A DNA stretch of 64,000 nt from Antedon mediterranea (GCF_964355755.1 NC_092677.1:7772101-7836100); one strand, 5' to 3'. Numbered from the stretch's first letter, positions 24,258 through 39,670 are shown. A program made the numbers and translations. Notes: a model not told the origin generated them from the sequence alone.

Positions 24258-27200
24258 CTATGCGCTACAAATAACCCAATATGTGCTGTAGAATTGGACA
24301 ATGAATTGAACAACTGATTGACCAATCAGAGCAGCGGAAAGCGTTCCAAAAGTTGAACAATCAGAGCACTGAAAAGTGACGTAATCAGGGCATTAGAAAA
24401 ATTGTTCCAAATTTGTCATTTTGACCAATCAGAACACTGAAAAGTGACGTAATTAATATGTGACTTCAACAAGTTTTTCACAACACAAACAATGATGAGA
24501 TTTTGTCCAGAGACTTACATGCGACAACATCTTTTTACAAATCCTCTAGACTTATTATTATTAATTTCAAGGCGAATTCTGGTAGTAGCTGTATTCAACT
24601 CGAACGTGTACTTGCATTAAAGGTAAGAGCGAAATTGATTTCATGCTTGAAATCGGCATTTAAAGTGTTGATAACTTGTTTGGTCTAGGCCTAGCCATAG
24701 TCAATAGAAACTATGCCATGGCCTAGCAAATGTGTTTGTATGGGTGCCGACGCTAATTCTTGTTGGCGGTAGTCTGCTCTGTGTGTGGTAAAATGCATTT
24801 GCTATTATTACTTATCCCCCTAATTACCAGTAGGCCTACATATATTTCATAAAGTATTAACAATAACGCATGCCTTTATAGGTTAGTTAGGGTTAGATAG
24901 TGTCACTCGACACTTACTTTAATTAATGTATTTACTAGGCCTATATAGCCTAGGCCTAGCTAGTAGGCTAGATAGAAAGACCTCTAGGTAGGCCTAGATC
25001 TTTTTTGGTTGCCATGAATTGTAAGTCAAACCATGGGCCTGTAAGTGCTAGGCCCTAGTAAGATGCTACCTACTTAGGGCTCCCTGTTATTTTTTTTCTT
25101 CAAAACTTACTACAGTAGTTTAGACTAGGCCTAGGCTAGTATTTATCGTAGAACCATCCCATAGTAAATAAATTTAGTTTAAAGTAATTAAGCTATTCTT
25201 TAAAGTTTAATTTATTTAATATTTTAACAATCCTACTACTAGTTAGACTAGCCTATGTACCCTGTAATAGATTTTAGGCCTAAACATAATTTTAAACTAT
25301 AAACAACTAAATGTGTGCTGTATCAGAATAGCATCCATGGGAAACAGACTAAAGCCTTGTTCACATGTCAACCCTTTTAATTGATAGATAAACAATTTAA
25401 CTTTTATTATAATGATTGTTTAATTAAGTGTAGGCTTCAACTCTTTGATCTAAAGCATTCGTTTAATTAGGCAATCAACTGTATTTGTGGATTTAGATAA
25501 GATTCTCAAATAATTTGATTGCATTAAAGGAAGTGCTCAGGGATCAAAGAGTTGATACATACACTGTTTAATAAACAAAGATTATTCAGTTTACTCTAAT
25601 TTATGTTGTAATTCTTTATATAGTTTTCTTAATTGAAAAAAAAACATAATTATTCATATGTAATATTTTCTTAATTTAATTTAGATAAAATAGTTTGTTC
25701 TTAGTAGATATGTTTTAATGCTATATGTAATTCATTTTATTAATATTTTACATTTAAAGTCTTGGTCTACTATTAATTATTACTTGAGAAATTTTAACCC
25801 ACAGATATTTTATTTTATTTAGATTTGATTTTCTTTTATTTACAGCCATTTACTACAACTGCACGGTGCACAGTGGCATTATACGGGTAAAATTTTCTTT
25901 TTTACATACTTTACTTACATATATTTTTGCCTTTGATCAGTTTTTTTAGTTTTGCAGGTGTTCAATAGACAGTACAGTATGTTCAGACCAACTTTTCGGC
26001 GCAGTGAAGAGGGTGCCTTAATTCTTGAAGATACATCTGCTGCTGTAGTATTTAACAGCTTGAGAAAACGACCAACTGGCAAGTGTCTAACTCCTGATGA
26101 TGTACGCCAAGATGCCTTGAAGGAGGTGTGCAGGCTGGGTGGAAACACCAAAGATGAATGTGATGTGTTGGGCTGCTACAAGTTTCAGCATAGTAAATAC
26201 AGTGGACAAACATTCAAGTGGATGGTCGAAAATGTACTGGAATATGCAGTATGTTTTGTTATTAAAATGGCTAATGAAATTCCAAGTACAAGTTCACTTA
26301 GTATTAACAAATTCAACTTTAAGAGGTACTTGGAGTCTTTCCCAGAAGGCAAAGAAGCCATAGCAATGAAAGAAATAAAACGCCGCAGGAAATGCCCAAC
26401 TAGACAGACATCGTACATACCTGTTGGTATTAAGCTACAAAAGGTTGAGGATGTCACAGATGAAACACTTTCTGGTACTGATGTCTTTGATGCTTCTTTG
26501 CAACCATCAACCTCATATGCACCAGGTAAGACTTATTCCATATTTGTGTTTTTTGTGCATTTTCTAAATTACAAATTTCAGGTTTTGCATTTTTAGTGCC
26601 TGTGTATGTTGTAGGCTTGCTGGGTTTACGTTTTTTTTTATGCATTCATTTATACTCAATCATAAAATCGTGTTGTTTAAATACATTGTTTTATAGCATA
26701 CTGTAGATAGCGAATGAAGTAGTAGTTTACTGCTAAATATTCTTTAATTTTCCGTCTTACAGCTCAACCAAATACATCTTATGAACCTGTTAGTACTATG
26801 CCATCCACTACAATAACTATCAAACAGAGTGAAGGTAGTTTATTTCAGTGTAATTTTAATTATTTTGTTTGATTTTTAAAACTAGAAAATGAAAATTACA
26901 TAATGTAGTTTCATAAATTATACAATTTTGTTTTGGTTTTTCTTGCAGATTGTCTCATACCAGATAAATGGAAGAAGAACTTGCCCGAGATCGATCAGCA
27001 GTGGATTTCAAAAACCTTATTCAAGAAATCGAAGAAGGGGACTGCAGAGTTGGATTCAACTAAACTCAAACAACTTTGGTATTATCCACCTCAACCGGAT
27101 CCGCTCAACAAAAACATACCCATGGCCAACAGTTACTTCGGTCATCGTCTTCTTCTTTGGTTGCCCCGCAAGACTTGGCAGGTCAAGCTGGTCTGCCCTC

Positions 27201-30200
27201 GGCCAGAATGCAAGAGCTATCCACTAACATCAGGCGGCCTCCATGGAATCGTTCGTCCGGTCCTGGATTTAGACTGCCACTACTTTCTTGCAACAGAGCA
27301 ACTGAGGTGCTCTAATTGCAAACAAAGACAAATTGGCTGGAGTGAAAACATTTTAAAGCAACTTGATTTAGAACATCGCCTTCAGTTTCCTGTTGTACTT
27401 TCGTATCACTTGGCCTGCGACAACCGGGTCCTGCAGCTTCTAAAGTACCGCGGTCTCGGTAACAGTCCATCACAGCTTCGCCAACAAGTCTTAGAACAAC
27501 ACACAAGGCGGTGGAATGAGAGAGTGGCTCTCTACTTAGAAAATTGCAAGAAGTTCTGTGGTTCTCGTGATGATTATGTCATTGCTGCTTCTAAATTTGA
27601 TGAGGTGTCTAAAATGATTCCTGTTCCCTCTGTCCAATGGTTCCTTACCATCTACTGCAACGAAGTAATGGGAAGAATCGACGAACTCAAGGCTTCTATC
27701 ACATCGACGTTCGGAAGAGTGTTGAAGATTGACTCGACCAAAAGGGTAAATAATTTATAAACAATACTATTTCTGCAATTTACTTTTAATTATTTTAATT
27801 TTTTTTTTTTTGCAGATTGTGGGGAAGCTTTCTTCCGAATAAATTTGTTTGGGTTTTTTTGCAGATTGTAAGGAAGCTAGCCGGTCGTGCATGTGGAACA
27901 GGAGCGTGGGCAACAAACGTCGGAAATGAGTACGGCCAGGTGCTCATTACAGTCCTGACTGCTGCAGAAGGATGTGGCTTAAACAACATGACAAACGGCA
28001 TCATTAACCGATATGCTTTGGCAGGCGTACCTCCTCCCGAGATTCTCTACGTCGACCGTGACTGCTGCGGTCATTCAAGCATAAGGAAGATGTTCAGCGC
28101 CTGGCCTGACATGAAAATTCGTCTGGACATCTGGCACTTCATGAGGAGAATTGCTGCAGCTTGTTCAACAGAATCACATCAGTTGTATCCGATATTTCTC
28201 AAACGTCTTTCCGCTTGCATTTTTGAGTGGAGCGCTGACGATGTTGAACGTCTGAAGCTCGCCAAGCGTGAACAGCTCATTGCAAGCAAGAAGCATTCCA
28301 ACCCAACAGACGACATCATATTGAAAAACATCAGCAAGAAGGAGTATGCTTTACATTGTCGCAGGACAACACGAGGGACTCGCGAGACTGCCAACCTAAT
28401 CCGAGAGCTGCTGACTTCCCTCGATGGTGAAGAAGGCCGTGACACAATGGGCGTCCCACTCTTAGACTCTGAACAGACCTGGGATATCTGGAGCTCACAA
28501 GAGCGACACATCGCCTGCATCCAGGATCCAGAAGGCATCCCGCTCTACACAAAAACCAGTGAGATGCTTAAGGGTGGAGTTACCTTGCCAGTATATCGTT
28601 GCGCAAGAGGCTCCACTTCTTTGGAATCGTTTCATCTTCATCTTAACAGGTTTATTCCAGGTACAGTATTACTTTTTATTTGGTATCTACCAAATCTTCA
28701 AACCGATCTACAGATTTTTGTATTATTTCATTATTATGGATGTTTTATTTTTTTCTCAGGTGAGCGTGCTAGCGACTTACATTTCCAAGCTTACCTGATG
28801 GATGGACTTGTTCGATGGAATGCAAACCGTGCACTAGCCGCTACCCAGTCTGGAGGACCCATCTCCAGTACATATAGTGGACTGCATCAGCATGCTCTCA
28901 ACATACTGGCAGAGCAAGTGATTGGCAAAAAAGTGTACAAAAGTTTTATCATTCCAAACAAGTACACTGGAGAACTCATCGGAGTGGAGTACCTGTACAA
29001 CCAGTCGAACAAAGTGCTCGAAACTCAATTTCCTGTCAAAACAGATACCATTTATGATGAAGACTTTGATGAAGAAATTTACACTTTTGATGTTGATGAA
29101 GGGTATGATGACAAGACTCAACCAGACTACAAACCACCTAAGCGTTGTTTTAAACCTCGAAATGCTAAAGAACCCTCACCACCCCAGCTGGAGCCCTTGC
29201 CTTCATGTGACGATAATGATGATGATGATGGTGAAGGAAAAGCAGCCCTTTTTGACACAGTGAGTTAAATTTGTATCATTAGCTTCTACCTCACAAATTT
29301 TGTTTCTGTTTTGAAATACAATGCACGAGTCTGATTATATATTTTGTTTTCATATTTTACAATTTAGGAACTTGAGGATTCCACTGGACCGGACAACATT
29401 CCAGGCTACGCCAAAGTTGAAGCCCTGGCAGACTACCTTATGCAGTTTAAGGAAGACAGTGGAGTGATAAGTCAAAGTCATGCTGAACATGTCGCAAAGT
29501 TGTGGAACAACCTGGATGCTTATGACAAAACCATTAAGCGCAAAGCACGGCATCAAGATTACCTGACGAAAGGCAGGTTCAAGAAAAGTAAAACTACTTC
29601 CGTAATACCTGGTGTCGAAAGCACTCGACGGTAAGGCAGTTTCCAGCGTTTTTTACTTTGTTGCATGATGTGTCTTAAATCTAACTTGTTTCTTTGTTTT
29701 TTTTTTAAAAGATGCTTCTTAGGTCAGAACACCGGGCCAGCTCAGTGGCCGGACTGCAATCGATATATGGAGTGCATTATTACAAAACTATGTGAAGCGT
29801 ATCCATCTACCGTATCTATCGAAGGTAAACGTTTCCAGCGCTGGCCGCTCATTACCAAAGGCTACAAGAACATTCGTCGGAAAGTGCTATCGAATGGACA
29901 CCTGATGTTGTTTGCTAAGCTTCAGTTGATGGAGATAAATCGTACGACACTCATCCAGTGGTGAGTTTTTACTTGTTATTGATTGTTATTTTACGCTACA
30001 GTAAATACATTAAAGTTTTTAAATACTGTGTTTGATTTATTTTCAACAGGTACAACAGAACGTCAAAGAAGCAAGAGCGGCAAGTGTTGGAATCTGGCAT
30101 CTCGGCAACAATACCCAAACTTGTCTCTGATAAAACCCTACTTGAACCTTTAACCAAGCCAGCGGTGCTAAACGTTCATACAAGCGCTCCATCTTTCACA

Positions 30201-31813
30201 TTTGTCCTACCAAAAAACACTTCCGGCCTAGCGACTCTAGGAAACAGACCGTCGATCCCAGTTCCTGGCGAGATAGCAAAACCACCACCGTCAGTCCCTG
30301 AGGCTAGCAGTACTCGTATTCCTAGAACTACCCTCTTGTACAGAAAACGAGTGGCTAAAGACATATCGGAAGGGAAACCGATCAAAATATACAAACCAAG
30401 AACGTCTGCGATTGTGTGCTCAAAGTGTAAGCAACCAAGATTAAATAAGAACCACACTCAGTACTATGGAAATTGGTATTGTGCTGCAACATCTGATGTG
30501 ACTTTTAAAGAATGGAAATCGGCTATGGTTGCCATCCGTCGCCTTCGTCAAGAGAGGAAAAAAAAGCAGCAAAAAGAATGATTCCAAATGATTGTTGTAG
30601 CCATGGATAGTTTTTATACTGTTTCGTATATCTTCAATTTTTATTTGTTCTGTGATTTTATATTCACTTTTTACAAAATATTTGTATTTTATGCAATTTG
30701 GCCATTGGGCCACCATATCTAATGGTATTCTGAATGTGCAGTAAAGTTAATAATAATAATAAAAAAAAAAAGTTTTTAATGCTGCCAAATCCAAAGAGCA
30801 ATAATTAATGTTGTAAATTATTTTGTAATTTTTATAAATTACATTCAGTTTTAATTATTACATTATAATTTACATTATATCATTCATTGCACTTTGTATT
30901 TGAAGGTCCCAAGCCCTTACAAAAAAAGCAGAGGGGAAACTTTTGCAGTTGAGTGTACATTAAATGGTGAATTCTATATTCTTGTCAAGACTATTTCCTT
31001 AGTAGTGTAAATTCTCAACTATTTTATATTTATTTCAAGAGCAATTCCACTACAATTCATTTTGATGTGAATCAAATAATTCATTCCACCAATTCTAATA
31101 ATATATTTTGATAATAACTCATACTATAGAGGTTATTATCCAGTAACCTTCAGTTACTCCTCTTACAGTTACACATATCCTATGATACCATGTGGCCTAG
31201 AAAAAAAGCCCCAGACAAAGTTAACGGTAATTTTGTCTACATTTTTGAAAAAGGCTGACTTATCAAACTACTTGGAATATGGTTGGCCAATCAGAAGTCA
31301 GGGTGGGTTTTTTAAATAGTTACATAGTATTTAACATATATATACAATTTTGATTGACAATTGTTCACACCCTAAAAACACAACAAAAAACGTCTCGTCA
31401 TATTAAAAGAACTAACGATTAATACAACATACATATTGTAGTCGAATTTACCGTGTTTTAAAAAACAAAATTCATGTACTGTAGTACAAGGATTTTTCGA
31501 AAATTGGATGAAAAAAATGTCGACTTTCTCAACTTTTAACAAAAAATTTAAGTCTTATTATTCTATTATTTAATATTTTTATTCATTTAATACATCGATC
31601 ATGTGATAAACCCCTAAAATTGACAGTTTTTAGTATGCCGGTATTCAAAACAACCTCCTAGATTCTTGGGTCCCATTGGCCAATTGTCTAGTTTCCTCAT
31701 TATCTAATGACCCAGTCCAATTCAGTTTTAATGACCCCACATGGCTCTGTCCATTTCTTGTCCATTTATTTTTGCGTTCTTTACCGTTTCGAGTGAGAAG
31801 ATTGAGTTGTACC
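24258..31813 (+). mobile_element. Putative DNA transposon unit, copy 3
   Basis: Copy 1 shifted by 15112 bp. Confidence 0.6.
25979..30581 (+). CDS. DUF6729-like transposase-like protein, copy 3
   Basis: Identical ORF translations and exon structure at +15112. Confidence 0.85.
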
Positions 31814-34800
31814 CTATGCGCTACAAATAACCCAATATGTGCTGTAGAATTGGACAATGAATTGAACAACTGATTGACCAATCAGAGCAGCGGAAAGCGT
31901 TCCAAAAGTTGAACAATCAGAGCACTGAAAAGTGACGTAATCAGGGCATTAGAAAAATTGTTCCAAATTTGTCATTTTGACCAATCAGAACACTGAAAAG
32001 TGACGTAATTAATATGTGACTTCAACAAGTTTTTCACAACACAAACAATGATGAGATTTTGTCCAGAGACTTACATGCGACAACATCTTTTTACAAATCC
32101 TCTAGACTTATTATTATTAATTTCAAGGCGAATTCTGGTAGTAGCTGTATTCAACTCGAACGTGTACTTGCATTAAAGGTAAGAGCGAAATTGATTTCAT
32201 GCTTGAAATCGGCATTTAAAGTGTTGATAACTTGTTTGGTCTAGGCCTAGCCATAGTCAATAGAAACTATGCCATGGCCTAGCAAATGTGTTTGTATGGG
32301 TGCCGACGCTAATTCTTGTTGGCGGTAGTCTGCTCTGTGTGTGGTAAAATGCATTTGCTATTATTACTTATCCCCCTAATTACCAGTAGGCCTACATATA
32401 TTTCATAAAGTATTAACAATAACGCATGCCTTTATAGGTTAGTTAGGGTTAGATAGTGTCACTCGACACTTACTTTAATTAATGTATTTACTAGGCCTAT
32501 ATAGCCTAGGCCTAGCTAGTAGGCTAGATAGAAAGACCTCTAGGTAGGCCTAGATCTTTTTTGGTTGCCATGAATTGTAAGTCAAACCATGGGCCTGTAA
32601 GTGCTAGGCCCTAGTAAGATGCTACCTACTTAGGGCTCCCTGTTATTTTTTTTCTTCAAAACTTACTACAGTAGTTTAGACTAGGCCTAGGCTAGTATTT
32701 ATCGTAGAACCATCCCATAGTAAATAAATTTAGTTTAAAGTAATTAAGCTATTCTTTAAAGTTTAATTTATTTAATATTTTAACAATCCTACTACTAGTT
32801 AGACTAGCCTATGTACCCTGTAATAGATTTTAGGCCTAAACATAATTTTAAACTATAAACAACTAAATGTGTGCTGTATCAGAATAGCATCCATGGGAAA
32901 CAGACTAAAGCCTTGTTCACATGTCAACCCTTTTAATTGATAGATAAACAATTTAACTTTTATTATAATGATTGTTTAATTAAGTGTAGGCTTCAACTCT
33001 TTGATCTAAAGCATTCGTTTAATTAGGCAATCAACTGTATTTGTGGATTTAGATAAGATTCTCAAATAATTTGATTGCATTAAAGGAAGTGCTCAGGGAT
33101 CAAAGAGTTGATACATACACTGTTTAATAAACAAAGATTATTCAGTTTACTCTAATTTATGTTGTAATTCTTTATATAGTTTTCTTAATTGAAAAAAAAA
33201 CATAATTATTCATATGTAATATTTTCTTAATTTAATTTAGATAAAATAGTTTGTTCTTAGTAGATATGTTTTAATGCTATATGTAATTCATTTTATTAAT
33301 ATTTTACATTTAAAGTCTTGGTCTACTATTAATTATTACTTGAGAAATTTTAACCCACAGATATTTTATTTTATTTAGATTTGATTTTCTTTTATTTACA
33401 GCCATTTACTACAACTGCACGGTGCACAGTGGCATTATACGGGTAAAATTTTCTTTTTTACATACTTTACTTACATATATTTTTGCCTTTGATCAGTTTT
33501 TTTAGTTTTGCAGGTGTTCAATAGACAGTACAGTATGTTCAGACCAACTTTTCGGCGCAGTGAAGAGGGTGCCTTAATTCTTGAAGATACATCTGCTGCT
33601 GTAGTATTTAACAGCTTGAGAAAACGACCAACTGGCAAGTGTCTAACTCCTGATGATGTACGCCAAGATGCCTTGAAGGAGGTGTGCAGGCTGGGTGGAA
33701 ACACCAAAGATGAATGTGATGTGTTGGGCTGCTACAAGTTTCAGCATAGTAAATACAGTGGACAAACATTCAAGTGGATGGTCGAAAATGTACTGGAATA
33801 TGCAGTATGTTTTGTTATTAAAATGGCTAATGAAATTCCAAGTACAAGTTCACTTAGTATTAACAAATTCAACTTTAAGAGGTACTTGGAGTCTTTCCCA
33901 GAAGGCAAAGAAGCCATAGCAATGAAAGAAATAAAACGCCGCAGGAAATGCCCAACTAGACAGACATCGTACATACCTGTTGGTATTAAGCTACAAAAGG
34001 TTGAGGATGTCACAGATGAAACACTTTCTGGTACTGATGTCTTTGATGCTTCTTTGCAACCATCAACCTCATATGCACCAGGTAAGACTTATTCCATATT
34101 TGTGTTTTTTGTGCATTTTCTAAATTACAAATTTCAGGTTTTGCATTTTTAGTGCCTGTGTATGTTGTAGGCTTGCTGGGTTTACGTTTTTTTTTATGCA
34201 TTCATTTATACTCAATCATAAAATCGTGTTGTTTAAATACATTGTTTTATAGCATACTGTAGATAGCGAATGAAGTAGTAGTTTACTGCTAAATATTCTT
34301 TAATTTTCCGTCTTACAGCTCAACCAAATACATCTTATGAACCTGTTAGTACTATGCCATCCACTACAATAACTATCAAACAGAGTGAAGGTAGTTTATT
34401 TCAGTGTAATTTTAATTATTTTGTTTGATTTTTAAAACTAGAAAATGAAAATTACATAATGTAGTTTCATAAATTATACAATTTTGTTTTGGTTTTTCTT
34501 GCAGATTGTCTCATACCAGATAAATGGAAGAAGAACTTGCCCGAGATCGATCAGCAGTGGATTTCAAAAACCTTATTCAAGAAATCGAAGAAGGGGACTG
34601 CAGAGTTGGATTCAACTAAACTCAAACAACTTTGGTATTATCCACCTCAACCGGATCCGCTCAACAAAAACATACCCATGGCCAACAGTTACTTCGGTCA
34701 TCGTCTTCTTCTTTGGTTGCCCCGCAAGACTTGGCAGGTCAAGCTGGTCTGCCCTCGGCCAGAATGCAAGAGCTATCCACTAACATCAGGCGGCCTCCAT

Positions 34801-37800
34801 GGAATCGTTCGTCCGGTCCTGGATTTAGACTGCCACTACTTTCTTGCAACAGAGCAACTGAGGTGCTCTAATTGCAAACAAAGACAAATTGGCTGGAGTG
34901 AAAACATTTTAAAGCAACTTGATTTAGAACATCGCCTTCAGTTTCCTGTTGTACTTTCGTATCACTTGGCCTGCGACAACCGGGTCCTGCAGCTTCTAAA
35001 GTACCGCGGTCTCGGTAACAGTCCATCACAGCTTCGCCAACAAGTCTTAGAACAACACACAAGGCGGTGGAATGAGAGAGTGGCTCTCTACTTAGAAAAT
35101 TGCAAGAAGTTCTGTGGTTCTCGTGATGATTATGTCATTGCTGCTTCTAAATTTGATGAGGTGTCTAAAATGATTCCTGTTCCCTCTGTCCAATGGTTCC
35201 TTACCATCTACTGCAACGAAGTAATGGGAAGAATCGACGAACTCAAGGCTTCTATCACATCGACGTTCGGAAGAGTGTTGAAGATTGACTCGACCAAAAG
35301 GGTAAATAATTTATAAACAATACTATTTCTGCAATTTACTTTTAATTATTTTAATTTTTTTTTTTTTGCAGATTGTGGGGAAGCTTTCTTCCGAATAAAT
35401 TTGTTTGGGTTTTTTTGCAGATTGTAAGGAAGCTAGCCGGTCGTGCATGTGGAACAGGAGCGTGGGCAACAAACGTCGGAAATGAGTACGGCCAGGTGCT
35501 CATTACAGTCCTGACTGCTGCAGAAGGATGTGGCTTAAACAACATGACAAACGGCATCATTAACCGATATGCTTTGGCAGGCGTACCTCCTCCCGAGATT
35601 CTCTACGTCGACCGTGACTGCTGCGGTCATTCAAGCATAAGGAAGATGTTCAGCGCCTGGCCTGACATGAAAATTCGTCTGGACATCTGGCACTTCATGA
35701 GGAGAATTGCTGCAGCTTGTTCAACAGAATCACATCAGTTGTATCCGATATTTCTCAAACGTCTTTCCGCTTGCATTTTTGAGTGGAGCGCTGACGATGT
35801 TGAACGTCTGAAGCTCGCCAAGCGTGAACAGCTCATTGCAAGCAAGAAGCATTCCAACCCAACAGACGACATCATATTGAAAAACATCAGCAAGAAGGAG
35901 TATGCTTTACATTGTCGCAGGACAACACGAGGGACTCGCGAGACTGCCAACCTAATCCGAGAGCTGCTGACTTCCCTCGATGGTGAAGAAGGCCGTGACA
36001 CAATGGGCGTCCCACTCTTAGACTCTGAACAGACCTGGGATATCTGGAGCTCACAAGAGCGACACATCGCCTGCATCCAGGATCCAGAAGGCATCCCGCT
36101 CTACACAAAAACCAGTGAGATGCTTAAGGGTGGAGTTACCTTGCCAGTATATCGTTGCGCAAGAGGCTCCACTTCTTTGGAATCGTTTCATCTTCATCTT
36201 AACAGGTTTATTCCAGGTACAGTATTACTTTTTATTTGGTATCTACCAAATCTTCAAACCGATCTACAGATTTTTGTATTATTTCATTATTATGGATGTT
36301 TTATTTTTTTCTCAGGTGAGCGTGCTAGCGACTTACATTTCCAAGCTTACCTGATGGATGGACTTGTTCGATGGAATGCAAACCGTGCACTAGCCGCTAC
36401 CCAGTCTGGAGGACCCATCTCCAGTACATATAGTGGACTGCATCAGCATGCTCTCAACATACTGGCAGAGCAAGTGATTGGCAAAAAAGTGTACAAAAGT
36501 TTTATCATTCCAAACAAGTACACTGGAGAACTCATCGGAGTGGAGTACCTGTACAACCAGTCGAACAAAGTGCTCGAAACTCAATTTCCTGTCAAAACAG
36601 ATACCATTTATGATGAAGACTTTGATGAAGAAATTTACACTTTTGATGTTGATGAAGGGTATGATGACAAGACTCAACCAGACTACAAACCACCTAAGCG
36701 TTGTTTTAAACCTCGAAATGCTAAAGAACCCTCACCACCCCAGCTGGAGCCCTTGCCTTCATGTGACGATAATGATGATGATGATGGTGAAGGAAAAGCA
36801 GCCCTTTTTGACACAGTGAGTTAAATTTGTATCATTAGCTTCTACCTCACAAATTTTGTTTCTGTTTTGAAATACAATGCACGAGTCTGATTATATATTT
36901 TGTTTTCATATTTTACAATTTAGGAACTTGAGGATTCCACTGGACCGGACAACATTCCAGGCTACGCCAAAGTTGAAGCCCTGGCAGACTACCTTATGCA
37001 GTTTAAGGAAGACAGTGGAGTGATAAGTCAAAGTCATGCTGAACATGTCGCAAAGTTGTGGAACAACCTGGATGCTTATGACAAAACCATTAAGCGCAAA
37101 GCACGGCATCAAGATTACCTGACGAAAGGCAGGTTCAAGAAAAGTAAAACTACTTCCGTAATACCTGGTGTCGAAAGCACTCGACGGTAAGGCAGTTTCC
37201 AGCGTTTTTTACTTTGTTGCATGATGTGTCTTAAATCTAACTTGTTTCTTTGTTTTTTTTTTAAAAGATGCTTCTTAGGTCAGAACACCGGGCCAGCTCA
37301 GTGGCCGGACTGCAATCGATATATGGAGTGCATTATTACAAAACTATGTGAAGCGTATCCATCTACCGTATCTATCGAAGGTAAACGTTTCCAGCGCTGG
37401 CCGCTCATTACCAAAGGCTACAAGAACATTCGTCGGAAAGTGCTATCGAATGGACACCTGATGTTGTTTGCTAAGCTTCAGTTGATGGAGATAAATCGTA
37501 CGACACTCATCCAGTGGTGAGTTTTTACTTGTTATTGATTGTTATTTTACGCTACAGTAAATACATTAAAGTTTTTAAATACTGTGTTTGATTTATTTTC
37601 AACAGGTACAACAGAACGTCAAAGAAGCAAGAGCGGCAAGTGTTGGAATCTGGCATCTCGGCAACAATACCCAAACTTGTCTCTGATAAAACCCTACTTG
37701 AACCTTTAACCAAGCCAGCGGTGCTAAACGTTCATACAAGCGCTCCATCTTTCACATTTGTCCTACCAAAAAACACTTCCGGCCTAGCGACTCTAGGAAA

Positions 37801-39369
37801 CAGACCGTCGATCCCAGTTCCTGGCGAGATAGCAAAACCACCACCGTCAGTCCCTGAGGCTAGCAGTACTCGTATTCCTAGAACTACCCTCTTGTACAGA
37901 AAACGAGTGGCTAAAGACATATCGGAAGGGAAACCGATCAAAATATACAAACCAAGAACGTCTGCGATTGTGTGCTCAAAGTGTAAGCAACCAAGATTAA
38001 ATAAGAACCACACTCAGTACTATGGAAATTGGTATTGTGCTGCAACATCTGATGTGACTTTTAAAGAATGGAAATCGGCTATGGTTGCCATCCGTCGCCT
38101 TCGTCAAGAGAGGAAAAAAAAGCAGCAAAAAGAATGATTCCAAATGATTGTTGTAGCCATGGATAGTTTTTATACTGTTTCGTATATCTTCAATTTTTAT
38201 TTGTTCTGTGATTTTATATTCACTTTTTACAAAATATTTGTATTTTATGCAATTTGGCCATTGGGCCACCATATCTAATGGTATTCTGAATGTGCAGTAA
38301 AGTTAATAATAATAATAAAAAAAAAAAGTTTTTAATGCTGCCAAATCCAAAGAGCAATAATTAATGTTGTAAATTATTTTGTAATTTTTATAAATTACAT
38401 TCAGTTTTAATTATTACATTATAATTTACATTATATCATTCATTGCACTTTGTATTTGAAGGTCCCAAGCCCTTACAAAAAAAGCAGAGGGGAAACTTTT
38501 GCAGTTGAGTGTACATTAAATGGTGAATTCTATATTCTTGTCAAGACTATTTCCTTAGTAGTGTAAATTCTCAACTATTTTATATTTATTTCAAGAGCAA
38601 TTCCACTACAATTCATTTTGATGTGAATCAAATAATTCATTCCACCAATTCTAATAATATATTTTGATAATAACTCATACTATAGAGGTTATTATCCAGT
38701 AACCTTCAGTTACTCCTCTTACAGTTACACATATCCTATGATACCATGTGGCCTAGAAAAAAAGCCCCAGACAAAGTTAACGGTAATTTTGTCTACATTT
38801 TTGAAAAAGGCTGACTTATCAAACTACTTGGAATATGGTTGGCCAATCAGAAGTCAGGGTGGGTTTTTTAAATAGTTACATAGTATTTAACATATATATA
38901 CAATTTTGATTGACAATTGTTCACACCCTAAAAACACAACAAAAAACGTCTCGTCATATTAAAAGAACTAACGATTAATACAACATACATATTGTAGTCG
39001 AATTTACCGTGTTTTAAAAAACAAAATTCATGTACTGTAGTACAAGGATTTTTCGAAAATTGGATGAAAAAAATGTCGACTTTCTCAACTTTTAACAAAA
39101 AATTTAAGTCTTATTATTCTATTATTTAATATTTTTATTCATTTAATACATCGATCATGTGATAAACCCCTAAAATTGACAGTTTTTAGTATGCCGGTAT
39201 TCAAAACAACCTCCTAGATTCTTGGGTCCCATTGGCCAATTGTCTAGTTTCCTCATTATCTAATGACCCAGTCCAATTCAGTTTTAATGACCCCACATGG
39301 CTCTGTCCATTTCTTGTCCATTTATTTTTGCGTTCTTTACCGTTTCGAGTGAGAAGATTGAGTTGTACC
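31814..39369 (+). mobile_element. Putative DNA transposon unit, copy 4
   Basis: Copy 1 shifted by 22668 bp. Confidence 0.6.
33535..38137 (+). CDS. DUF6729-like transposase-like protein, copy 4
   Basis: Identical ORF translations and exon structure at +22668. Confidence 0.85.
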
Positions 39370-39376
39370 CTTTGCG

Positions 39377-39670
39377 CAGGGAAATTTTCGAAAAATGGCC
39401 GATTTTTGACCCATTTATTTTTTGACATAAATGGTTACTATTGCATAATAAACATGCGCAGAGAGGAATAATGGGTTCTGCGCATGTCAAAAATGGCCAA
39501 TTTTCGACCTTTTTATTTTTCGAAAAAACTGGTTACTTTCCATCATTCATGCTTTTTACACAGAATGGTTATCTACTTTAGAGGATATTTGTCTACGACT
39601 ATTACTCTTAATTTACCTTTAAAAAATGGCCAAATATTGACTCTTTAAAAAAGTGTTGAGGTAACATGCG
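39377..39670. repeat. Right-flank modules related to the left-flank palindromic array
   Basis: 39377-39490 is an inverted copy of ~8875-8988. 39490-39539 is a direct copy of ~8817-8867. 39622-39669 is a direct copy of 8094-8130 with an 11-bp insertion. Confidence 0.85.

Larger units (their letters stand above)
9146..39371 (+). repeat. Head-to-tail tandem array of four near-identical 7556-bp units
   Basis: All ORFs recur at +7556, +15112 and +22668. Units start at 9146, 16702, 24258 and 31814. Internal junctions read 'gagttgtaccctatgcgctacaaat'. Confidence 0.97.

Noticed and set aside
9146-39371. Helitron or LTR-retrotransposon tandem array
   Set aside because: No HUH/helicase, RT, integrase or gag motifs; no LTRs; no CTRR 3' end; the gene has introns.
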